From: an uncultured Myxococcales bacterium
GTDB taxonomy: Bacteria > Myxococcota_A > Polyangia > Palsa-1104 > JAEUJZ01
Direction of reading: 5' to 3'
DNA: 43,432 bases
Assembly (NCBI GenBank): GCA_937859535.1
Contig: CALLYL010000404.1
Location: 1 to 43,432, forward strand
Part shown: positions 25,683-34,899 of the stretch, in pieces
Layout of the letters: each line of letters starts with the position of its first letter
Position numbering within the stretch: position 1 is the first letter of the stretch
The notes under the pieces: generated by a model
Told to the model about the DNA's origin: nothing
The model's input: only the letters and a program-made list of their open reading frames with translations
Database searches by the model: none
Program-made: the position numbers and the translations under genes

Positions 25683-26864
25683 ATGCGCAAGTACCTTCCA
25701 TTTGTCTCCCCTTTTGTCTCGCTCATCACGTTCGGCTGCGACTCCACCACCTCGCAGATGATGCCGATCCCGACAGCGCCGACGTATCTGGCGGTCACCG
25801 CGAGCGACTACGTGGCTGGTTCGGGAACACTGTCGCTGCTCGACCCAGAAACGCTACAGCTTCAGAAGGCGGTCGATCAAATCGATCCCAGTTCGTCGGT
25901 GCATGCCTTTGACAAAAAGCTCTATCTACTCGACAGCAGCCACGGCACCCTGCGTGTCTACGACGCCGTCGACAACTTTAAGACCCCCAAGGACTATCCG
26001 ATCCGTAAGACCGGCATAGTCGATGGAACGCAGGCCAACCCTCACGACATTTACGTCGACAGCCAGCACGGCAAGGCCTATGTGACGCTCTACGGATCGT
26101 TTGGATCGACACAGGTGAAGGCGACCACGGCACTTGGTGTGCTGGACCTTAGCAACCTGGCCGCTGGCATCGGCTCCTTCATAACGCTCAACGTCGGAGC
26201 CAGTGACACCGATGGCAACCCTGATGCCAGCCAGCTTGTGGGCTGTGGCGACAACCTGTACGTGCTGCTTCAAGACCTGGATCGCAACAACAACTACAAG
26301 CCCGCCGGAAGCGGCCGACTCGCCAAGCTCAGCCTCGCCAATCCCACCACCACCAGCTACATCGCACTGGCCGGTGAAAACCCAACGACCATGTCGATCT
26401 ACGCAAACTGCGAGGAAGCCATCATCGGCTCGGCGGGCGATCAACTCGGCGGCACCCTCCTGGGCAAAAGCGGCATCGAACGGGTCGATCTGAAGACCGG
26501 GAAAACCCTGGGGCTGGCCATCACTGACTCGGCACTCGGTGGCAACGTGAGTACCCTCGATGCCATCGACGCCCAGCATGTCTTCGTCGACGTCTCAGCC
26601 AAAGCAACCGGCGGCTACAACAACACCGTCTATGCCGTTGATGCGATCGCGAAGACCAAAGGCCAGGCGATCCTCGGACCCATGAGCTATGTCCCAACCG
26701 TGGACATTTTGGGCAGCCAATTGGTCGTGCTATCGGGCAGCAAGGCCGGTACCGGTCAGCTTAAGCCCGGTCTGTACCTAGGTGCAGCGACGGGAATAGC
26801 CTTGCCGACCGAGCCGATCGACTTCGGCCTGCCGCCAGGCTCTGTGGCCCTTGTCTCACGGTGA
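25683..26864 (+). CDS. Lipoprotein, beta-propeller-like; co-oriented 40 nt downstream of the BtuB-like receptor
   Basis: AGGAG 7 nt upstream of the ATG. Lipobox 'LITFGC'. Repeated beta-rich segments of the 'G.L.V.D' type ('HGTLRVYDAV', 'GKAYVTLYGS', 'DNLYVLLQDLD', 'NTVYAVDAI'). Fold is a guess from the sequence pattern. Confidence 0.65.
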   Translation: MRKYLPFVSPFVSLITFGCDSTTSQMMPIPTAPTYLAVTASDYVAGSGTLSLLDPETLQLQKAVDQIDPSSSVHAFDKKLYLLDSSHGTLRVYDAVDNFKTPKDYPIRKTGIVDGTQANPHDIYVDSQHGKAYVTLYGSFGSTQVKATTALGVLDLSNLAAGIGSFITLNVGASDTDGNPDASQLVGCGDNLYVLLQDLDRNNNYKPAGSGRLAKLSLANPTTTSYIALAGENPTTMSIYANCEEAIIGSAGDQLGGTLLGKSGIERVDLKTGKTLGLAITDSALGGNVSTLDAIDAQHVFVDVSAKATGGYNNTVYAVDAIAKTKGQAILGPMSYVPTVDILGSQLVVLSGSKAGTGQLKPGLYLGAATGIALPTEPIDFGLPPGSVALVSR

Positions 26865-26891
26865 TTTGGCCTATACCCTTCAGGCCTAGAC

Positions 26892-27799
<908 letters not shown>

Positions 27800-27803
<4 letters not shown>

Positions 27804-29212
27804 CCCGACTCGACTACTCCCAGACGCTGCGCTACCTGGCAGCGCTCTCCCCACTGGGCATTCAGCCCGGCCTCGAACGGATCGCCGAGGTGCTGCGTCG
27901 ACTGGATTCCCCCGAGAAGCGATTTCCCGCCGTTCACATCGCCGGTACCAATGGCAAAGGCTCGACAGCAGCCTACGCAGCGACGATCGCCCAGGTAGCC
28001 GCCCGTCGCGCCGAGACGAGCCATGGTCGCCCGTTCACCATCGGACTGTATACCTCGCCACACCTTCACCGGCTGACCGAGCGAATCCAATTTTCGCAGT
28101 CGGGACAACTTGGTGAATGCCCCCCCGACCGGCTTGCCGAGGCAGTCTGTGCCGTCCGCGACGCCGCCGAGTCGGCCCCCAGCGTGTCGTTGACCTTCTT
28201 CGAGGTGCTAACGGCCGCCGCCCTGCTCCTGTTCGCTCGATCCCACGTCGACTTGGCGATCATCGAAACGGGACTTGGCGGACGGCTCGATGCAACGCGG
28301 CTGTGTTGTGCACAAGCCACGGTGGTGACCAGCATTGGACTGGACCACATGGACTGGCTCGGACCGACGTTGTCCGATATCGCTGCCGAAAAAGCTGGTA
28401 TTTTTCGAAAAAATGTGCCTGCACTCTGCTCCTGTCTCGACGAATCCGCCCGGCTGGTGCTATCGCAGCATGCGCGTCGAGTGGGAGCGCCGCTGTGGCT
28501 GCATCCCTTCCACGACGAGCCGGAAATCCAGCCGCTCCCACCACTTACGGACCAGTTGGCGCAGGCACTGCCGCTTCTCGGCACGCATCAGCATGGCAAC
28601 GCCGCTCTCGCCATCGCTGCGCTCAGCCATGTGGCTGGACCTCTCCATCCGTTTTTGACCGATCCCGAGATCCTCCGCGAAGGGCTTTTGCAGACTCGCT
28701 GGCCGGGCCGCATCGAGCGCATCTCAGCGACAGCGAAACGCTACTTGGACTTTGCTGACCGCGAGATCCTGATCGACGCAGCTCACAATCCCGAAGGGGC
28801 GGCGGCGCTCGCAAGTTGGCTCATGTCGACGGAGAAGCGACCGCTGACGGTGCTCTGTGGGGTTGTCATCGGCAAGCTGACCACCGGCATGGCAGAGCCG
28901 CTGCGCGACGCAGCCTCGGTAGTGCTCTGTAAACCCCCGACGCCTCGTGGTCTGTCCGCCACCGATCTGGCCCGACAGCCCGAATTTGGTGTTGGCGAGC
29001 CGATCGAGGACTGGCAAGCCGCGCTCCTCACCGCACTGCAGCGCACGCCCCCCGGTGGACGCCTGCTGGTCTACGGATCGATCTTTCTGATTGGTGCCGT
29101 AAGAGCCGCTCTGCTCGATGAATCGACCGACGAACTGCTGGTGCAAGATCCTGGTCGCCCCACTACGCCGCCGGCCGCGCCGCAGCCCCCAACGCCAGCA
29201 GTTCTCCCGTGA
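27800..29212 (+). CDS. folC: Bifunctional folylpolyglutamate synthase / dihydrofolate synthase
   Basis: 'VHIAGTNGKGST' P-loop, 'YTSPHL', 'ETGLGGRLDAT', 'DAAHNPEGA'. GTG start overlaps the accD stop (GTGA). accD-folC synteny as in E. coli. Confidence 0.9.
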
Positions 29213-29837
29213 CCTCGACGGCCTGAAGTAGTTGAACCTGTTCCGTGGGATCGCGAATCAGCTCTGCCGTCTGTTCCAGCAGTTTCTTCAGCTCGTGCGG
29301 ATCTTCCGACTCCCGCAGTAGCAACCAGCGCATCGCCTCGCGGGGAACACTGCCCACCGACAACAGTCGAACCACCGTCGAGCTTACTTCGGCAGCCACG
29401 CCAAACAGGGCCAGCATAACCCCCAGCATCGCATAGGGCCTTTCACCGCTCACGTTCGAGCAATATGCCCGCAGCGCCGCATCCCCCGAGGTCACCGGTC
29501 GCTCGGGCAGCTCATCCGAATAGCCGAGCCGTCTCAAATCGGACATCACAAGCTGGATGCGCGCTTTTTCCTCACGCTGGTGTGCCAGGAGCAACGCCGC
29601 CACCCTCGGATCCGCAACTCGCTCACCGGCGCGTCCCAGCACATCCTGAATCAGGTCGCTCTGCTGCGCAAAGTCGAGCAGAAACGCCGCATATTTGGCC
29701 CGCAGCGAGAGCGGTGGTCGCATCAGATAGCGTACCGTCGCCATTTTGTAGCTACGAGCAGAAGCAGTCACTCGGTTATTGAGAGCCTCGACCATCTGCA
29801 TCGGCGTCTTGGGCTGGCTAGGAGCCACTTTGGCCAT
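29163..29837 (-). CDS. Hypothetical all-alpha protein (possibly heme-oxygenase-like fold)
   Basis: 224-aa ORF with helical composition. No motif I can name. Its 3' end overlaps the folC 3' end by 50 nt (convergent). Confidence 0.5.
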   Translation of the reverse strand: MAKVAPSQPKTPMQMVEALNNRVTASARSYKMATVRYLMRPPLSLRAKYAAFLLDFAQQSDLIQDVLGRAGERVADPRVAALLLAHQREEKARIQLVMSDLRRLGYSDELPERPVTSGDAALRAYCSNVSGERPYAMLGVMLALFGVAAEVSSTVVRLLSVGSVPREAMRWLLLRESEDPHELKKLLEQTAELIRDPTEQVQLLQAVEVTGELLALGAAARPAA

Positions 29838-29935
29838 GGAGTTTCTACACTTCCTAGGGTAACTCCATTACCTTCGCCTTGCCACCTGACGTTGCAGCTT
29901 ATTATCGTCGGATAGTTGCCAGCGAGCGCTCCAAG

Positions 29936-30658
29936 TCATCGCAACTGGGCCAAAAACCGCTTCGCAAACAGGTAGGCATCGCCGGGCCAGCGAGCTGAGA
30001 TGTAAAAGTCACTCTCGACCACGAAGGCGGCCCGATCATCCGTCTCGCTGCCTCGCGACGTCAGCGTCAACGGACCACGCACAAAGTCTTCGGCACAGGA
30101 CAGTGCTGCTTTCACCTCATCCTCGACGTACGCTGGATAGGTTCGATAGTATTCTCCCAGCTTCCAGGCCGTCAAAAAGTAGGCCGTGCGCTCCATGTAC
30201 TTGGCGAGACAGGTCGTTCTGTGCCCACGCAGCACGTCCGCACGGGCAGCCACCAAGACCCCGTGGCAAATCGCGCCGACCGGACGACGTAGCGCAAAGA
30301 ACTGACGGACTTTGAGACGCAACGACTCGCTGCCCAGATACTGACGCATCCCCGGTGCGTGTCCTCCCGGAAGAATCAGTCCGTCATACGCCCCGACATC
30401 GATCGAGTCCCATGAGAGAGGACTCCTAAACTCGGCTGACTCCGTAAGTTGCCGATAGAATTCCTTGGGCTGCGGCTCTGCTCCAAGTTGGCCGAACAAA
30501 ACCCCGGTCAGTAGCAGCGGGTCAGCATTGGGAGGACTCCCTCCCTTTTCGGTCACAAAGGTCACGGAGTGCCCGGCTCGGGTGAGGAGTCGCCACGGAA
30601 CAGCTACCTCTGTCACATCAAAGTCGGTATCAGGAAGCGGTATCCAAACATGTGCCAT
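29936..30658 (-). CDS. DJ-1/PfpI family (type 1 glutamine amidotransferase-like) protein
   Basis: 'GLILPGGHAPG' and nucleophile elbow 'VGAICHGVLV'. Start ambiguous: ATG 30658, ATG 30676 or TTG 30727. Confidence 0.75.
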   Translation of the reverse strand: MAHVWIPLPDTDFDVTEVAVPWRLLTRAGHSVTFVTEKGGSPPNADPLLLTGVLFGQLGAEPQPKEFYRQLTESAEFRSPLSWDSIDVGAYDGLILPGGHAPGMRQYLGSESLRLKVRQFFALRRPVGAICHGVLVAARADVLRGHRTTCLAKYMERTAYFLTAWKLGEYYRTYPAYVEDEVKAALSCAEDFVRGPLTLTSRGSETDDRAAFVVESDFYISARWPGDAYLFAKRFLAQLR

Positions 30659-30810
30659 GGTGACCCTGAATTTCATCACCTTTGCACAGCGAGGGAAAGC
30701 AGGAACACATCCAATCCAATCGGACAATTCGGCGGGAAATCGAATAGACTCCTAGGCAAGGGTTGGTCAGGGCCATGGGGTGAGACTCTCTTGCTTCTAG
30801 GGGGATTCGG

Positions 30811-33800
30811 ATGGCTTCCGTTATGCAGGCTCCAGTTGTTGTTCGACTGCAGTGGCTGAGGCTCCTACTGGTGATCGTTGCCACAGGAGGAGTGAGTCCA
30901 GCGTACGCACAGGTCTTAAACGCTCAGATTCAGGGAGTCGTTCGCTCAGCAGAGACCGGAGAAGGACTAGCAGGGGTAACTGTCGCCGTGCAAAGTCCGG
31001 CGCTTCCCGATCTGCAAGCTGAAATCACCGATGCCAAGGGCCGCTACCTGATTACCGCACTGCCACCCGGTGATGACTACATAGTGAACTTTTACTTTGG
31101 GCCCTCCGACAAGCCCCTACTGGTTCGCACCGGCATTCGCTTGTCCGCTGCGAAAACAGTGGCGGTAGACGCACGGCTGTCCACAACAGCCCAGACACAG
31201 CGGGTTCAAGTGATCAGGGAAACCGCCCCCAACGTCGATGTCGCCAATGCCAACACCGGCGTCGAGATCAACCAGGAAATGCTGCGGCAGATCCCACTGC
31301 GTGGGCGGAGCTTTCAAGGAGCACTGTTTCTGGCACCGGGTGCTGCGGACGTCGCGGCGCGCAACTTCAACACGGTCGAAGGTTCGTTTGCCACACCGGG
31401 AGGAGACGTCGGCGTCTCCATTTCGGGCTCTACCGGATCAGAGAACGCCTACCTCATTGACGGCATCAACACCACCGATCCCGGTCTGGGCGTGGTCGGA
31501 GCGGAAGTGAGTCAGTACTTCCTGCGCGAGATCAACGTCCTAACCGGCGGCTATCAAGCGGAATACGGACGTGCTACCGGAGGCATCGTTTCGCTGGTCA
31601 CCAAGAGCGGCAGCAACGAGCTACATGGCGGTGTCTATGGATCGGTTGCGCCCTATCAGATTTCCGGACAAGGAGTGGCCCGGCTGGGTGAAGCACTGGT
31701 ACGCCGCACACGACCCGACATGGGAACCTGGGATCTTGGCTTTGATTTGGGCGGAGCGCTCATCAAAGACAGAATTTGGTTCTACACTGGCCTGGCGATC
31801 ACCAATGTCAACGTGCGAACAGAGCGACGTGGTCGGAGTCAAATCTTCGACGGAACCGGGGCTCGCGATCTAGCCGATTTTGTCTGCCCTTCCTACTTAT
31901 CGGATTCCCGTTATTGCGATGGGCCAAGCAAGTTGGCGAAGCAGACAGAAGAGCTAGACTACGTTCAGACTCAAGCTCAGACCCGCGCCATCTACAACGG
32001 AATCGCCAAGCTGCAATTCCACTTGGCCACCGACCAGGATCTGTTTCTCAGCTACATCGGCTCTCCCAACACCCGGGATACCTATTACGAGTACGGAACC
32101 GGCGATGAGGGATCTAAGTTTACGGAATCCAACCAGGTTCACGATCTCAGCTTGCGCTACCAGGGCAAAACCTTTGGCAAGAAACTACAGATCGACCTGA
32201 CCTATGCGATGCATTATCAGACTCAGGTGCAACAGCCGCGTCTGCCGAACCAGCCCTTTACCGCCTACACCGCAGATGCAGCGGATCCGTACTCCCTGGC
32301 TGACTTTGAATCGGTGGCAGCCTGCCGTCGAGATGCAGCATCTGGATTCAACCCCTGTCCGATCACCCGCTATGTGGTCGGTCTGGGATTCCACCGCTCT
32401 CAGGAATTGCAGCGACACCAAGCGCTGGCGGGATTCACTCTGTTCGTCAACGCACTCGGAGTCCACGCCATCAAGGCCGGTCTCGACTTCGAGTATCTTC
32501 GCAGCAATCTGACGAGTATCGCCACCGGACAGGACGGCTACCGAGCGACCTACAACTCCACCGCAGATGGCACCGACATCTTCTCTGGGTTCGGATTGGG
32601 CGGAAAAGTAAACGGAGTGGATACCCCTCTTAACAGTCTGACCACCGTGACCTCCACGCGCAACTATGCGGTCTATCTGCGCGATAGCTGGAGCGTGGCA
32701 TCCACGGGCCTCACCCTCAACATCGGTGGACGCTGGGAAGGACTCCAGATGATCGATGTCAACGGTGACACCCGACTGAGTGTCCTGGACAATTTCGCTC
32801 CACGGGTTGGCGCGGTTTGGGATTTTACGCGCCTTACCAAGCGACCGGGCCGGGGCAAGCTATTTGTGAACTATGGTCGCTTCTATGAATCCGTTGGGAC
32901 GGACCTAGGTGACCGGGCGTTCGGTGGTCAAGCGTTCTACTTTCGAGCTGCGGGAATGGCCCCTGCTGCCTGTCCGCAGATCAGTCGCCAACCGGGTGGC
33001 CGCCCTCTGCCAACCCCCGGTCCGGGATGTTCGTTTGATACCCAACTCCTGTTTGGCGGGAATCCCTATGATGTGGTGCCCGGAGCCAAACCGTCTTCGA
33101 TCGATGAGGTCACCGCAGGCATCAGCTACGACGTCGGATATGACATCGTGCTTTCTGCAAGCTACATCTACCGTGGCCTTAGCAATGTCCTTGAGGACTT
33201 CTCCACCGATGGTGGATCGACCTACTTCATTGGTACGCCCGGGCTCGCTCCTGATGCCGCGACCCTGCAAGCCGCGACGGATGAAGCAGCTCGCTTGAAT
33301 GCCATCGCGATGTCCCCTTCTGCAACCCAGGCCGATCAGGATGCCGCTGCGAAGGCGAAGACTCGACTCGATGCATTCTCAGGAATCGGTAACTATCCCC
33401 GTCCCACCCGGAACTATCACGCGATGGTTCTTTCGGCCTCCAAGAGACTGTCCAAGCGCTTCAGTTTCTTGGCTAGCTACACTTTTAGTCGGACCACCGG
33501 AAACTATCCGGGCACCTTCAACAGCACCAACGGGCAGCTCAATCCGCATACCTCAACCCAGTTTGACTTCCCGGAGCTGCTCCTGAACCGAGATGGACCC
33601 CTTCCCACCGACCGTCCGCACAACTTCAAGCTCAGTGGATTTTATCAGCAGCCGATTGGTGACAAGGGCGTCCTGACCGGTAGCCTGACCTTCACCGCGA
33701 TCTCTGGACGCCCGATCGAGGTGCTCGGCGCGCATCCCGCCTATGGTCCCAGCGAGGTCTTCATTCTACCCCGTGGAAGCGGCGGACGGACCCCCACGAT

Positions 33801-34086
33801 CACCCAGACCGACCTACACATTGGCTACGATCATCTGCTGACAGAAAGAGAGCGGATCGGGGTGTTCGTGGACCTGATCAACTTGTTTAATCAGCGCGAG
33901 ATCACCAACGTCGATGACAACTACACCTACTCTCCCGTGAAGGCGCTGGTCGACGAAGAAACCCAGAAGAAATTCCAAGTGGAAACCGTCGATGGGAGTC
34001 CGTTGGTCGCCAACAGCAACTATGGTCAGGCCACCGCCTACCAAGCCCCCTTATACCTTCGGCTGGGTGCTCGACTCACCTTCTGA
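30811..34086 (+). CDS. Oar-like giant TonB-dependent outer-membrane protein (CarboxypepD_reg-like N-domain + plug + large barrel)
   Basis: Signal peptide '...GGVSPAYAQ'. Carboxypeptidase-regulatory-like 'GVVRSAETGEGLAGVTVAVQS...TDAKGRYLITALPPGDDYIV'. Plug 'ENAYLIDGINTTD' and 'EINVLTGGYQAEYGRATGGIVSLVTKSG'. C-terminal 'YLRLGARLTF'. Confidence 0.8.
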   Translation: MASVMQAPVVVRLQWLRLLLVIVATGGVSPAYAQVLNAQIQGVVRSAETGEGLAGVTVAVQSPALPDLQAEITDAKGRYLITALPPGDDYIVNFYFGPSDKPLLVRTGIRLSAAKTVAVDARLSTTAQTQRVQVIRETAPNVDVANANTGVEINQEMLRQIPLRGRSFQGALFLAPGAADVAARNFNTVEGSFATPGGDVGVSISGSTGSENAYLIDGINTTDPGLGVVGAEVSQYFLREINVLTGGYQAEYGRATGGIVSLVTKSGSNELHGGVYGSVAPYQISGQGVARLGEALVRRTRPDMGTWDLGFDLGGALIKDRIWFYTGLAITNVNVRTERRGRSQIFDGTGARDLADFVCPSYLSDSRYCDGPSKLAKQTEELDYVQTQAQTRAIYNGIAKLQFHLATDQDLFLSYIGSPNTRDTYYEYGTGDEGSKFTESNQVHDLSLRYQGKTFGKKLQIDLTYAMHYQTQVQQPRLPNQPFTAYTADAADPYSLADFESVAACRRDAASGFNPCPITRYVVGLGFHRSQELQRHQALAGFTLFVNALGVHAIKAGLDFEYLRSNLTSIATGQDGYRATYNSTADGTDIFSGFGLGGKVNGVDTPLNSLTTVTSTRNYAVYLRDSWSVASTGLTLNIGGRWEGLQMIDVNGDTRLSVLDNFAPRVGAVWDFTRLTKRPGRGKLFVNYGRFYESVGTDLGDRAFGGQAFYFRAAGMAPAACPQISRQPGGRPLPTPGPGCSFDTQLLFGGNPYDVVPGAKPSSIDEVTAGISYDVGYDIVLSASYIYRGLSNVLEDFSTDGGSTYFIGTPGLAPDAATLQAATDEAARLNAIAMSPSATQADQDAAAKAKTRLDAFSGIGNYPRPTRNYHAMVLSASKRLSKRFSFLASYTFSRTTGNYPGTFNSTNGQLNPHTSTQFDFPELLLNRDGPLPTDRPHNFKLSGFYQQPIGDKGVLTGSLTFTAISGRPIEVLGAHPAYGPSEVFILPRGSGGRTPTITQTDLHIGYDHLLTERERIGVFVDLINLFNQREITNVDDNYTYSPVKALVDEETQKKFQVETVDGSPLVANSNYGQATAYQAPLYLRLGARLTF

Positions 34087-34119
34087 TCGGCCCCTGTCTG
34101 CTCTCTCCCTTGGGAACAA

Positions 34120-34524
34120 TCAAACTGCCCGCTCGAGGTGCGACATCGCCTTTCGAGTCTTGGTCAGCACCATTCCGATGTTCGCGCTCTTGCGACAAAC
34201 GAAACAGGCGACATGATTTTGGTTTGATCGCGCCCTCACGAACACGTGGAGCAGCGTATCGGAAAAGACAATCATCTCCTGAAAGTAATGCTGTCCATCG
34301 TCCTTCACACCACGGGTTCTACGGAACAGCTTCTCGATGGCAGTCACCGTGCTCCCTTGAATGAGCTCTGCCGTTGCCACCGCAACCAGCTCTAACACTT
34401 CGTGCGGATGGGAATCGATCGTCTTGACCGCCAACAATGCTCCTGTGGACATCTCCACATATCCCGCAGCGACACAGTCTGGAATGTCACGCATAGATTG
34501 TTGAATCACACTCTGAAGTTGCAT
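34120..34524 (-). CDS. Roadblock/LC7 (MglB-like) domain protein (tentative)
   Basis: 134 aa from ATG 34524. The pattern 'IPDCVAAGYVEMSTGALLAV...EMIVFSDTLLHVFVR...NIGMVLTKTRKAMSHL' fits the alpha-beta-alpha Roadblock layout. Motif-level call only. Confidence 0.45.
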   Translation of the reverse strand: MQLQSVIQQSMRDIPDCVAAGYVEMSTGALLAVKTIDSHPHEVLELVAVATAELIQGSTVTAIEKLFRRTRGVKDDGQHYFQEMIVFSDTLLHVFVRARSNQNHVACFVCRKSANIGMVLTKTRKAMSHLERAV

Positions 34525-34710
34525 GATGATGAGACGTTCCCTTGTTTCGACGTGAAGGGAGACAGGAATTATCATTCAACGGACTGAATCATGTCCTGCC
34601 GCGGAGGCACAGAGATAGCAGAAAACACGGAACTTACAATCAGAACTTATAGGTCATTATAATCATTAACAAAAATCGCCTACGCCACCATGGTTCGACC
34701 AACTGTGCCA

Positions 34711-34732
34711 ATTGAGAGCATATGCTCTCAAT
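34711..34732. promoter_or_regulatory. Perfect 22-bp palindrome ATTGAGAGCATATGCTCTCAAT, a candidate dimeric-regulator operator in a divergent intergenic region
   Basis: Reverse complement is identical. It lies in the ~40% GC spacer between the divergent genes starting at 34524 (-) and 34900 (+). An ATTATAAT (TATAAT readable on both strands) lies at 34656-34663. Confidence 0.45.
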
Positions 34733-34899
34733 CCGGTCACTTTCATTCACCACCGACGCACAGCCTCTGTATGAGAAAACCAGTGCAATATCAGCTTAAT
34801 ATGAATTAAGCGCTCAAAATTGCTCAATCAAATCCAACATTGATGTACTATACGATGCTGAGCTTCATGAAATAGGGGTCAGCGCAGCAGAGGTCGGCC

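Noticed and set aside
30659-30810. Possible riboswitch (e.g. TPP or a second B12 element) in the leader of the Oar-like receptor
   Set aside because: None of the conserved blocks (CUGAGA/ACCUGAU for TPP; GGGAA...B12 box for cobalamin) are present.
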